A stretch of DNA of 64,000 bases from Fibrobacteria bacterium (GCA_050294405.1 JBNKOC010000027.1:1-64000); one strand, 5' to 3'. Positions 1 through 9,635 are shown, counted from the stretch's first letter. The notes: generated from the letters alone by a model not told the origin. Program-made: numbers and translations.

Positions 1-90
1 CGAATAAACTTCAAGTTCTAACGGGTTTCTTTTCAACAGCTTTTTAATGCGAAAATAGGGTAAATTCAGTAATATTGAGTCTAAGGGCAT
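1..90 (-). CDS. N-terminus of an ORF running off the window edge; probable IS (ISL3-like) transposase
   Basis: Not in the ORF track. ATG at 90 preceded by AGGAGG; reads MPLDSILLNLPYFRIKKLLKRNPLELEVYS with no stop to base 1. The LLNLP start and flanking structure resemble ISL3 transposases. Confidence 0.5.
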   Translation of the reverse strand, partial: MPLDSILLNLPYFRIKKLLKRNPLELEVYS

Positions 91-174
91 TTAATCCTCC
101 TAAGTTAGAGTTTGTGTCGTAGCAAGAGTTTAACTTACCACGGGATTAAATGCCCCCTACTTTGAGGTTGAGCC
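1..174 (-). mobile_element. Putative left end of an insertion sequence (ISL3-like)
   Basis: Minus strand from 174 begins GGCTCAACCTCAAAGTAGGGG; GGCTC is a typical ISL3 terminus. A 13-bp inverted repeat (85-97 / 143-155) covers the start codon and part of the SD. Confidence 0.45.
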
Positions 175-418
175 AGGTTGTGATGTTATTTCCTAACATC
201 ACCACACTCTACCAAATACCCTGAAATACTCCCAAGGAATGGACACAAAATGGACACTCCAAAATAACTGTTAAACCAGGGTACTCTTTGCTGGGGACAA
301 TGAGTTTAGTGGAAAAAAAACCAGACTGAATTATTTGTATAAATTGTTTTTAAGAATTCGAGAATTTTGAATATGCATCAAGGTTTTCAGTGAGATTTTT
401 GGTATTGATTGAGTTAAA

Positions 419-450
419 CATAAACACCTCTGTATTTAGAGGTATTTATG
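419..450 (-). terminator. Hairpin downstream of the 483..3302 gene
   Basis: cataaacacctct (419-431) / agaggtatttatg (438-450) imperfect inverted repeat about 30 nt past the stop. Confidence 0.5.
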
Positions 451-482
451 ACTTTAATTAAACAAGAAAGGTATACTGTTGT

Positions 483-3302
483 TTATTTTTTAAACATAAA
501 ACTTTTGTTCTGAAATTTTAATAGATAAACGCCTTCAGGCCAACCGTTTAAATCAAGCGTTAACTCCCCAGAAACCTTAACTGAGGTTACTTTTTTCCCT
601 AAAATGGAAAATATTTCTATCTCACCAATGGTGTTTTTGATAACTAAGTTATTTCCTATTTTAAAAAATATTTCTCTAGTTTTATCTGTTAAGTTTTCTT
701 TATCAAATTCCTTAGGTAATTTAGGTAGAGGAGATGTTATATATGTATTATACATATACGCTACTTCAGAAGAGTCTAGGGTTTTATTAAATACAATTAA
801 CTCGTCTAACTTGCCTAAGTAACTCCAGCTTAAACTTGATGGACCGCCTAGATGTTTTCCAGGATGTCTTCTTGGTAAATTTGGCCAATTAATTCCATCC
901 GCTTTCCAAACGCCGTTTATATACAAATCTTCTTCACCAGAATTAATAGTAATAGTAAAAAAAGTCCAATTACTATCAGAGATAGTAGTGTTATAGTTTA
1001 AGGCACACCAATATCTACCTCCATACCAAATTTCTTGTTCATAAATTGAAATACCGTTTGTACCCAATGATATTCCATCAATTTGGTGGCCTTCACAACA
1101 TGGAGGTTGGTAATCAGTTACACTTAGTGGTGACATTACAAATCTCTGCCCACCCATTTCATATGTTTCAATAGGTGAGGAATTACTTTCCGTGCACCCT
1201 ACATGAGTTGCAGATGGGATAGCCCAAAACGACACAGAAAAGTTTCCTTTGACATCAGCCCATGGGCTTCCAATTGATATGTAATCATTTCCTTCTGAGA
1301 ATAAAATACCTGATCCAGAATATCCGTCTGTCCAATTTGTCGAATCCATATTGATTAGAGAACCATCAACATTATTTTCTGATTCATCAAATGCAGTGTC
1401 ACCTAAACCTTCATCAAATTTCCAGTATGCATAGGCATCTCCAAAATTTACATCTGGAGCGAATGTATATTCTGAAAATGGCCCTATTGACCAATATGAT
1501 ATCGAAATTAGTTCAATATCATATTGAAATTCTGCCGACACATCTGTTCCAGACTTAATAAGTACAGAGCCTGCTAATGGCTTAAAAAGTCCACTATCAT
1601 TATTAGTAAATTTTAGGCTATCAAGGTTTAAATTAGGTATATCTCCATTAGCAGTATCATTAGCAGTAGCATCTGAACTAACATTATGGTCGCTTGCGCT
1701 TTGATAGGATGAAAAGCAGGTATTTCCACTTCCCTTATAGCATACACTATTTTTTATGGCTCCACTGATGAAACCAAAATAGAATGAATATGCTAAAGAA
1801 TTATAGACTTCGCTATTTGAATTAGATTTTATTCCGATTGCAGTTCCATATTTAGAACCTGTTTCAGAATTCCATACTATACAATTAATACATTTTGTAT
1901 AATTTTCAGAAATGTCAATTCCCGGACTTCCACCATGATCAGTATAGCTTAGAACATTTTCTAATTCCACATATTTTGCAGTGGTTTTAATTGAATAATT
2001 ATTATAATTAGTCCCTGTATTTTTATTTTCAGTAGATGCTTCAATGTTTGTAATTCTTGTGTATTCTGTGCTAATATTGATAACTGCTGCGTTGGTATCT
2101 GAGCCTATAACTTTAACTCCACCACCAAAAACTCCTAAATGCTCATCACCTGACTCCGAACGTATTTCTATATAATCAGATTCGCTTGGCCACACAAAGC
2201 CACTTATTTCAATATTTTCATTATAATCCCCTGCCTCTAAATATACTACTTGAGGGCCACAGTGAATTAAGGTATCGGGAATGGAGTTAATGACAGATTG
2301 AATGGTATCAACTCCATTTTCCACGTGGTACTCTCCAGTTACATCACAATGGTCATTGTAATTTGAATCTACGGAATGAAAGGGGCCTATCATCCAATCC
2401 GTAATAGTTTCGCCAATTATATCTGTGGAAAAACCAGCACTTGGGTTTACCCCGCCTCCTATTAATACAGAATTTTCAATGGGTCTAAAATCACCCAGAT
2501 AAATATTGTCAAATTTTACATCGTTCACACTTTGACTATTCAAATCGTTTGTGTTATCTGCACTTCCATCTTCACTCACATTATAATCAGAACTTGCGTT
2601 ATAAACCTTAAAGTCATCATACAATGAATTAAAAGCAACACAATTTTTAAGAACTCCACCCCAAAATCCGTTATAGTGATTATAGGCTACTGAATTATAC
2701 ACTTCAGTTGTACTACTTAGCCTAAAACCGATATTCGTTCCCCATGGAGTATCGTTTCTGGACCTCCAAGCTATTGAATTAAATATTTTTGCACTTGCTA
2801 CGTTTACATAAAAACATGCCGTGTTTTTTTCATCATCCACCCTGGAAAAAATTTGATAGAATTCTGTATTTGTTCCTGTTGAATAAACCCCATGATAGCC
2901 ATTCGCTTTATTTTCGGTGGAAACTACCAAATCATAAAGCTGAGTATAATTTGTGGCGTTATTTAGAACATGCGATGAAGATGAGGTTCCTATTATCCTC
3001 ACACCGGAATTAAAATCACCCTTATGTTCATCTCCAGATTTTGCTTTAATTACAATGTAGTCAGAGCTGGAAGCATTACTAAAACCCGAGATATCGATAT
3101 CCTCATTATAGGTTCCAGCTTCGATTTCGACAGTCCAAACACCGCCTCCACTAGAACTTAAATCACTGGGGATGCTGTCAATCGCTTCCTGGATATTGTC
3201 ATAGTCGCAACCTGAAGAACAAACAGTAGCAGTAGTTCCTGAAAAGCCAATTTGGATAAAGAAAAGACAAAATGCTATTAGGAAAAAATTATTTACTTTC
3301 AC
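483..3302 (-). CDS. Secreted protein: two tandem pectin-lyase-like beta-helix modules + LamG/ConA-like domain + T9SS type A-like C-terminal domain
   Basis: GTG start with AGGAGG; signal peptide; internal duplication (EAGTYNEDIDISGF..SGDEHKG / EAGDYNENIEISGF..SGDEHLG); LamG motifs YWKFDEG and GKLDELIVFNKTL; tail IEIFSILGKKV..GVYLLK. Confidence 0.8.
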   Translation of the reverse strand: MKVNNFFLIAFCLFFIQIGFSGTTATVCSSGCDYDNIQEAIDSIPSDLSSSGGGVWTVEIEAGTYNEDIDISGFSNASSSDYIVIKAKSGDEHKGDFNSGVRIIGTSSSSHVLNNATNYTQLYDLVVSTENKANGYHGVYSTGTNTEFYQIFSRVDDEKNTACFYVNVASAKIFNSIAWRSRNDTPWGTNIGFRLSSTTEVYNSVAYNHYNGFWGGVLKNCVAFNSLYDDFKVYNASSDYNVSEDGSADNTNDLNSQSVNDVKFDNIYLGDFRPIENSVLIGGGVNPSAGFSTDIIGETITDWMIGPFHSVDSNYNDHCDVTGEYHVENGVDTIQSVINSIPDTLIHCGPQVVYLEAGDYNENIEISGFVWPSESDYIEIRSESGDEHLGVFGGGVKVIGSDTNAAVINISTEYTRITNIEASTENKNTGTNYNNYSIKTTAKYVELENVLSYTDHGGSPGIDISENYTKCINCIVWNSETGSKYGTAIGIKSNSNSEVYNSLAYSFYFGFISGAIKNSVCYKGSGNTCFSSYQSASDHNVSSDATANDTANGDIPNLNLDSLKFTNNDSGLFKPLAGSVLIKSGTDVSAEFQYDIELISISYWSIGPFSEYTFAPDVNFGDAYAYWKFDEGLGDTAFDESENNVDGSLINMDSTNWTDGYSGSGILFSEGNDYISIGSPWADVKGNFSVSFWAIPSATHVGCTESNSSPIETYEMGGQRFVMSPLSVTDYQPPCCEGHQIDGISLGTNGISIYEQEIWYGGRYWCALNYNTTISDSNWTFFTITINSGEEDLYINGVWKADGINWPNLPRRHPGKHLGGPSSLSWSYLGKLDELIVFNKTLDSSEVAYMYNTYITSPLPKLPKEFDKENLTDKTREIFFKIGNNLVIKNTIGEIEIFSILGKKVTSVKVSGELTLDLNGWPEGVYLLKFQNKSFMFKK

Positions 3303-3643
3303 ACAACCTCCTTGTCGAAAAAAAAAGTAAACCTCATATGTTTCAATTCCAAAACAAATTGACTAAATATTTTTTTAATTATGGCAAAAAACGCACAAAG
3401 CTCTGCAACAAAATGCGCAGCATTATTAACTTCTGTATATTTCTATTACATACAGAATTTCAAGTGAGGCACCTCAAAAAAGAAAGAAAATTTCAATAGT
3501 CCATATTATTTGGTTGTGTATTTAAAAAAGAACGCCCTTGTCTAAAGCTATTTAACAGCAAATGGCTGCTCGTTTTTCGCAAATGCGAGACAAACAAGCA
3601 GCTATAAAATAACTAACCAATTAATAATTAGCCATTCCTTAAA

Positions 3644-4501
3644 TCAAAAGGCAACTTCCAAATCATCAAACGTAACAGTACCATTTTTATTGGTATCATA
3701 GATTCTTATTTTGGAAAGGTTTGTGTTATTAACAGACCAGGTCCATGCTCCTACACCAAGACCTGTCCATTGCCACCATCCACCTATATCTGTTCGATAG
3801 ACAACTACTCGAACTGTCCCAGACTTTACCACTAAACGCTTGAGAGTCATATTTTTGGAAGAGCCGTCAGACTTGGATTTAGCATAGAATTCGACACCTG
3901 TGTTGCTACCCATGTTAGTTGCAATACGGGGCCAATATTTAGCATCCGATTGATTGATGCAGTTTGAACCTGATTGAGTGCCCCATTTGGGTGAGGTACC
4001 AAAGCATTGATTGGATGCTTCTGGAGTTAAGTGAAAATGATCAAGATTTAAAGGATTGGTGTAAACCCAATAAGAAGGACAGCCATGAATATAGTAGGGC
4101 CAGGTTGCAAAAGTACTGTAGCACTGATCTACCATCCAACTCAGGGAGGAAGAAGAATTAAAATCTACTTTACAATTGGAAGCTGACACTTTTGACAACG
4201 CGTTAGACTCGGTTATAGGCTCATATTTTTCCCTTACTAGATCGGCCAAATCTTGTTCTGCTTTAGCACCTATGTTAAGAAGGCCTTCAGCTTTAAGGGC
4301 GCTTTCAGATAAAGCTGACCCCTGCTCAACTTCCAAAGGAATTAAAACCTGGGGGGATTGGGAATCCGATTGTAATTCTGGAGTATCAGAAGGTGCGGTA
4401 GTGTGGTTGTTTTCCTGACAGGCGAATATGAAACCAAAAATAAAAAGCATCCCCATCAGCTTCATCTGCTTTACCGACTTTTTGAAGGTTAATTTATACA
4501 T
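3644..4501 (-). CDS. Hypothetical lipoprotein with Cys/Trp-rich C-terminal domain
   Basis: ORF track starts at 4606, but the ATG at 4501 has an AAGGAG SD; lipobox FIFA-C. Confidence 0.75.
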   Translation of the reverse strand: MYKLTFKKSVKQMKLMGMLFIFGFIFACQENNHTTAPSDTPELQSDSQSPQVLIPLEVEQGSALSESALKAEGLLNIGAKAEQDLADLVREKYEPITESNALSKVSASNCKVDFNSSSSLSWMVDQCYSTFATWPYYIHGCPSYWVYTNPLNLDHFHLTPEASNQCFGTSPKWGTQSGSNCINQSDAKYWPRIATNMGSNTGVEFYAKSKSDGSSKNMTLKRLVVKSGTVRVVVYRTDIGGWWQWTGLGVGAWTWSVNNTNLSKIRIYDTNKNGTVTFDDLEVAF

Positions 4502-4532
4502 CTTGTTTCTCCTTTTGTTATGATTAAATACT

Positions 4533-4564
4533 ATTAGACGGATATCTCCCAGAAATAGGCAACC
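4533..4564 (-). promoter_or_regulatory. Candidate ECF-sigma promoter GGTTGCC-N17-CGTCTAAT
   Basis: CGTCTAA is a typical ECF -10 element; 17-nt spacer; about 30 nt upstream of the 4501 start; ECF sigma gene nearby. Confidence 0.4.
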
Positions 4565-4585
4565 TTTTTTTAAAAAAAAAAGCAA

Positions 4586-4720
4586 TGAAAAATATATTGC
4601 ACCCAAAAAAATACATGCACATCAAAACTAATATTGAAAATTATATTGCACCTGAAATATATACATTACATGTATGTATTAATTTCTAATGAAAAAAATA
4701 TTGCACCCTGATAAATACAT
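4586..4720. repeat. Three imperfect direct repeats TGAAAA..ATATTGCACC-N7/8-ATACAT
   Basis: ATTGCACC at 4596, 4645, 4700; ATACAT at 4611, 4661, 4715; TGAAAA at 4586, 4635, 4690. Confidence 0.8.
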
Positions 4721-4754
4721 AACATATGTATATCACAATTTAAATAAATTTTTG

Positions 4755-4783
4755 TTGACATTTTTTTAATCGAAGCATATCTT
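4755..4783 (+). promoter_or_regulatory. Sigma70-like promoter TTGACA-N17-TATCTT
   Basis: Perfect -35 at 4755-4760, 17-nt spacer, -10 at 4778-4783, upstream of 4836. Confidence 0.5.
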
Positions 4784-4835
4784 TCCTGAAGTTTCATACC
4801 ACACAACAACAACAACAACAATCAAGGAGGGCTTC

Positions 4836-5729
4836 ATGTTACATCAACCAAGGAACTTATTTTTTTTATTTTCTATCAGCTTGTCCTTATTTGCGGTAAG
4901 CTGTTTAAACACAACTTCGTCAAACGAAAAGCCAACCGCTAATCAAAACCTTAAAAACCAAGAACCGTCCAGTTTTGTTATGGATTTAGATAATGGCTCA
5001 AAGCTTGAGTTTTTAAACGACCAATATGGAAATGTTACTATTTCAGAAGAAGGTAAAATTGGAGTTGCATCAATTTTGGCAGATGAAAAATTCGAAGGAA
5101 AGTCACCTTTAGAAATTTTTAAAACACTGCGCCCTAATTCTGACATACCTGCTGTTTTGTTAAACACAGGTGACATGGTTTCTGCAGAAGAAACCGTTCA
5201 AAACAGAATTTCCGATAAGAATATGGACAGCAAGGACTTCGAAGGCGAAAACGAAAAAAATCCAGAGCAAAAAATCTCTGGGCCATTAAGCAAGGCCGCC
5301 CTTACCGAGACCCAATTTGAAAACAACTACTGCGATTCTCGCAATATTATTTATTGGTACAACCCGCCGTATAATTGGGCAACAACTAAATGCTTATTAT
5401 CCAGAACAAATAACGCCCAACATACTATGTATAATGTTCGAGAAGGATTTGGAATAGTTTATGTCTACCGAGGTAATTTAAGCCTACAACGCAGATACAG
5501 AACATCTGGCTCTTCTTCCTGGGCCAGCAATCAATCCTGGTCCGTAAGCGAAGGAAATTGGAAATCTGCCCGCATGTGGTCTTCTAGCGGAAACATAGAT
5601 TATGATGTAAGATATAACGTTAACAATGCAAGCGGTGATGGGTGGCATTTTGCAGGGCAGAAAGGTTACGAAGTAAGCTGCAATCCAGGTTGCTCTTGGG
5701 ATGGTAGTGTTTGTAAGTGCGGAATTTAG
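4836..5729 (+). CDS. Hypothetical lipoprotein with Cys/Trp/Asn-rich C-terminal domain
   Basis: AAGGAGG SD; lipobox FAVS-C; acidic linker; C-terminus SCNPGCSWDGSVCKCGI. Confidence 0.8.
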   Translation: MLHQPRNLFFLFSISLSLFAVSCLNTTSSNEKPTANQNLKNQEPSSFVMDLDNGSKLEFLNDQYGNVTISEEGKIGVASILADEKFEGKSPLEIFKTLRPNSDIPAVLLNTGDMVSAEETVQNRISDKNMDSKDFEGENEKNPEQKISGPLSKAALTETQFENNYCDSRNIIYWYNPPYNWATTKCLLSRTNNAQHTMYNVREGFGIVYVYRGNLSLQRRYRTSGSSSWASNQSWSVSEGNWKSARMWSSSGNIDYDVRYNVNNASGDGWHFAGQKGYEVSCNPGCSWDGSVCKCGI

Positions 5730-5737
5730 TTGTTACA

Positions 5738-5776
5738 AATATCAGAGCCTTTTTAACAAAGTAAGGCTCTGATATT
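5738..5776. terminator. Bidirectional terminator between convergent genes
   Basis: 14-bp inverted repeat aatatcagagcctt / aaggctctgatatt. Confidence 0.75.
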
Positions 5777-5791
5777 AAATAAAATTTTAAA

Positions 5792-6364
5792 CTAGTTTCT
5801 CAATATGGTTTTTACGCAATTCTCGCGATTAATATCAAACTTATCCAAATGTTTTTTAACAGCTTGTCTGGATACTCCTTTTATCTTGCTAATTTCGGCT
5901 TGACTTAAATTTTCAATAAAATACAGAAACAAAATTTCTTTTGTCTTATGGCTAAATTTTGAAAATATTTTTTCAAGCGCAATTTTGTTTAGAATTTTTA
6001 TTTCCGGAGTTTCTTCGTAAGAAATTATTTTTTTTTCGATTGTTTTTGGATCATGTTTATCCATTCTTTTTTTTCTCAAATGATCAATCCCGGAATTTAC
6101 CGCAACACGATACATCCAAGTCGAAATTTTTGAATTATCACGGAAACCGGAAAAATTTTCATAACACTTTATAAATACATCATGAGTCAAATCCATCGTA
6201 TCCATGGAGTTTTGGCTATAATTGGCACAAATTTTAAAGATTAAAGGGAAAAAGATTTTATAATACTCTTCGAAATCGAATTTTTTGTTATCATAAGGTG
6301 CAGTAACTGGTGGCATAAAACAAATCCTAAAGCTGTTGGTCACCGGATTAACTTCCATCTCCAA
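5792..6364 (-). CDS. ECF-type sigma-70 family RNA polymerase sigma factor
   Basis: Region 2 DLTHDVFIK..STWMYRVAVNSGIDHLRKK; region 4 HTH LSQAEISKIKGVSRQAVKKHL. The true start may be the ATG at 6316. Confidence 0.88.
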   Translation of the reverse strand: MEMEVNPVTNSFRICFMPPVTAPYDNKKFDFEEYYKIFFPLIFKICANYSQNSMDTMDLTHDVFIKCYENFSGFRDNSKISTWMYRVAVNSGIDHLRKKRMDKHDPKTIEKKIISYEETPEIKILNKIALEKIFSKFSHKTKEILFLYFIENLSQAEISKIKGVSRQAVKKHLDKFDINRENCVKTILRN

Positions 6365-6747
6365 GTTTTAATCAAATGTTTGAATATTAGTCAAAAAAAA
6401 ATAATTGATTTTACTAAAATATCGAACTGGTTGGGATGAAATGCATTATTGTGTGATGAAAATCACTAAAAATCCGACTTCTTTGTTTTTATAGGATGTT
6501 TATTAAAATTTCAGATATTTTACACCTAAAAAGAGTTAGCAATGTATGTTGCAGCCCATTTGTATTTAAATGAGCTGTTTCTATTTATAAAAAGCGGAAT
6601 TCTAAGCAGCGACAGGATTATACATCTGTACATTACTTATTAATTGCGCTTTTCCAGCACAATACAAATAATTTCCAATATGCACATGACCATAATCCTT
6701 AATTTACCAGTAAAATGAAACACTATCCAATAGTGCTTCATCGGAAA

Positions 6748-7296
6748 TTAATACCCTAACAAATTTATACTTACATAAAATGCGGTCACTAACTCCATGT
6801 CTGCTTCGGGATTTTGGGTGTCGAAGGTTATACCACCCATTACAATTCCTGTTTCAATGGAAGCGTGGCTGGCAATTTCTCTGGCATAGCCGAAGTTAGC
6901 GGCAAAGCCCACATCTGCATCAGGCAAATCCTCACCTTTAAAACGCCTAGACCCATAGTTTTCTCGTAAAATTCCTATCCCACCAAACCATTCATTAGAT
7001 TGAACATCGGGCATACTCCAGGAATGATAGTTTAGTCCAGCAATAGCAAAGGACGACGTAAAGTCGATAGAAAAGATTTCCACAGCCTGCTGGTCATTCC
7101 AGGCATACCCTATTCTGGAAGTAAATATGGGGTCCATCATAGATAGCATAAATAATTCGCCATCCTCAGCCCCCAGTAAGGAGTAGGTAATATTAGTAGC
7201 TCCCGCCCCAAAACCAAGTAAAAAACCCTGCCTGGCTCCATCCCAGGAAAAAGAAAAATTAGCCAAAAGCATCAATATTAATATTAACTTAGCCAT
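6748..7296 (-). CDS. Small outer-membrane beta-barrel protein
   Basis: Signal peptide, alternating hydrophobic strands, C-terminal aromatic residue (SINLLGY). Confidence 0.65.
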   Translation of the reverse strand: MAKLILILMLLANFSFSWDGARQGFLLGFGAGATNITYSLLGAEDGELFMLSMMDPIFTSRIGYAWNDQQAVEIFSIDFTSSFAIAGLNYHSWSMPDVQSNEWFGGIGILRENYGSRRFKGEDLPDADVGFAANFGYAREIASHASIETGIVMGGITFDTQNPEADMELVTAFYVSINLLGY

Positions 7297-7566
7297 AAAA
7301 CCCCTTTCATAAATATTGTTAATTAAGTCAGAGAAAATATAGACTTCCGCCCCTGGAACACCGACAACAATTTAAAGCCAAATTTGCACAATTTACCTGC
7401 GCGCCAGCTTTAGAGCCTTTTTCCCAAATTTCCAAAGCTTTTCACCCAATTTAGCGGAATATCTCAGGGAGATTCCCAAAAGTTTTTCCCACCTGACTCC
7501 TTAAGATATAAATTAAGCGGTATACATTATCCCATTTCAAATTTTGTAGCCAAAGGGTAAAGTTCC

Positions 7567-9444
7567 ATGGAAAAATCAGAGGTCTTTCAATTCAATCTCC
7601 TCCTTTCTATACAAATACTTGTTATTTCAATAGCCACATTACCCGCCCAGCCCCAAAAGTTTTTACCTGAGGATGACACAGGTTGGAGCATACTAACCCC
7701 TAGCCCCGAATCCAGGATATTATATGTAAGCAGCAGTGAGGGAGATGATGAAAGCGCTAAATATTACAACTATGAAGATGCCGAAATTGGCGAAAACCCT
7801 GAAATGCCCGTGGGAAATGTACTGGCATATTCCACTATTGCAGCAGCCGTTAATAACAGTCGGCAGGATCAACCGGATTGGATTCTTTTAAAAAGAGGAG
7901 ATGTATGGTACGAACCCTTAAAGCTTAAAAACGGACCCAGTCCCGCTGCCCCATTTGTTGTGGGCTCTTATGGAGAAGGAAACGAGCGTCCTTTATTAAA
8001 AACAGGAGAGCAGACCGGAGTCAACCAGTGCTGCCATGCTTATCACAACATCGCTATCAACGGCATTCATTTTTACGCTCACACTCGAGATCCCAATTCT
8101 TTGGAATATGCAGGACCAGAGGGGAATACTGGTTTTAACTTCTATGTAAATGAAGACGAAGAAGGTAAAAATGTGCTTATTGAAGATTGTTTATTTAGAT
8201 TCTACACTAACAATGTAGTACAAGGCCCGGGTATTATTACCAATATAATTATTCGACGAAACTTGTTTTTAGATAATTACAGCCACAACTCCCATTCTCA
8301 GGGAATGTACACCAACAATATCCAATCCATGTTGCTAGAAGAAAATTTTTTCGACCACAACGGGTGGTTGATACAATCCATAAACAGCGATAATATCCAG
8401 GATAGCGGCCAAGCCACTATTTACAACCACAACACCTATTTTGCCAATGGGCATAACATTAGTTTTATTTCTAATGTTTTTTTACGGGCTTCCAGCATAG
8501 GAACCAAGTGGACGGCTAATGATGGAGAAGCCAGCACTTCAAATATCATACTAGACAACAATTTGTATGTTGAAGGCGAAATTGGAATCAGTATGGGTGG
8601 CAACCAATCCGAACCACCTCATCGCTTTAAAAACATCAGGGCCGCCAACAATGTGATGCTGGATATTGGCCGGGGGCGCCCCACCAACCGCAGTCTGGGA
8701 TGGTATTTGGAAATTAACGACTGGGATGGAGGTTTAATATCACGAAACTTGTTTATTCACCAAAGAACAGCCGAAGTTACCAATGTCTATGCCTTAAATT
8801 TAATCGGCGAAACCAGAGATGTTTCCATTTTAGAAAATGTGATTTACGGCCTTAATAGCAATGGTTATTTAATTCGTATTGCCGAAGGAAGCACTAAGGC
8901 AAACATTAGTCTGCAAAATAACGCTATCCAATCCCCAAGCGGAAATGTTCGACTGGTTCAAACAGATTCGGATATTAGCAATTATGTTTTTGTTGCAAAC
9001 CAATATTACAGCGACCGGGTAGAAAACCAGTGGTTTAATCTGGGGGGAAATTCCTTAAACCTTAACGGATGGATAGAAGAAACATCTGAGGCTAATTCTA
9101 GCAACATCCCCATAAATTACCCGGAACCAAACAGAACCATTGAGAGCTATATGGAGAACCAGGGAAAAGAAGCCAGCTTTAGCGCCTTTATCACAGAAAT
9201 CCGCAGCCAATCCAAATACAATTGGAAGCCTCAATATACTGCAATAGCTGTAAATAATTATCTACGAGAGGGATTTGATTTAGAGCCCACATCAATTGAA
9301 AAAAAAATGAAAAAAAAGCCGCTTGAAAGTAAAAGAAAAAATAGAGAAAAATTTTATACTGCGGATGGAAAAGCCTACCTCATTCATAGCATTTCCCATC
9401 AAGCAAAAAAAACCAGACCCAATTACGCTCCCATTTATAAGTAG
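7567..9444 (+). CDS. Secreted right-handed parallel beta-helix protein (pectin lyase-like fold)
   Basis: Signal peptide; YVSSSEGDD and ILLKRGDVW motifs; repeated I.I..N.F rungs; short basic tail FYTADGK. Confidence 0.75.
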   Translation: MEKSEVFQFNLLLSIQILVISIATLPAQPQKFLPEDDTGWSILTPSPESRILYVSSSEGDDESAKYYNYEDAEIGENPEMPVGNVLAYSTIAAAVNNSRQDQPDWILLKRGDVWYEPLKLKNGPSPAAPFVVGSYGEGNERPLLKTGEQTGVNQCCHAYHNIAINGIHFYAHTRDPNSLEYAGPEGNTGFNFYVNEDEEGKNVLIEDCLFRFYTNNVVQGPGIITNIIIRRNLFLDNYSHNSHSQGMYTNNIQSMLLEENFFDHNGWLIQSINSDNIQDSGQATIYNHNTYFANGHNISFISNVFLRASSIGTKWTANDGEASTSNIILDNNLYVEGEIGISMGGNQSEPPHRFKNIRAANNVMLDIGRGRPTNRSLGWYLEINDWDGGLISRNLFIHQRTAEVTNVYALNLIGETRDVSILENVIYGLNSNGYLIRIAEGSTKANISLQNNAIQSPSGNVRLVQTDSDISNYVFVANQYYSDRVENQWFNLGGNSLNLNGWIEETSEANSSNIPINYPEPNRTIESYMENQGKEASFSAFITEIRSQSKYNWKPQYTAIAVNNYLREGFDLEPTSIEKKMKKKPLESKRKNREKFYTADGKAYLIHSISHQAKKTRPNYAPIYK

Positions 9445-9635
9445 AGAATCCACTCCTTTAAAACAAGCGGAAACACACCCCGGCTTTGGAGCTACTTTGG
9501 CCCCAAAATTTTCCAAAAATGCTCAAAGAAGTCTGTCCCTGGTACTTTTTTTATAAATATCTTAAAAAGTAGGGCTGTAATCAATTATTCGCCCTATTTT
9601 AGTATTGGGAGTAAACATTTTCAGGCGGGATTTAT

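Noticed and set aside
3272..3499. 75-aa plus-strand ORF
   Set aside because: Overlaps the start and promoter of the large minus-strand gene; AT-rich, no SD, no recognisable motif.
4502..4606. N-terminal extension of the 3644..4606 ORF
   Set aside because: It runs through promoter and homopolymer sequence; the SD and signal peptide fit the ATG at 4501.
4586..4720. Possible CRISPR array
   Set aside because: Only three degenerate units with uneven spacing, no distinct repeat/spacer boundary and no cas genes; better explained as operator sites.
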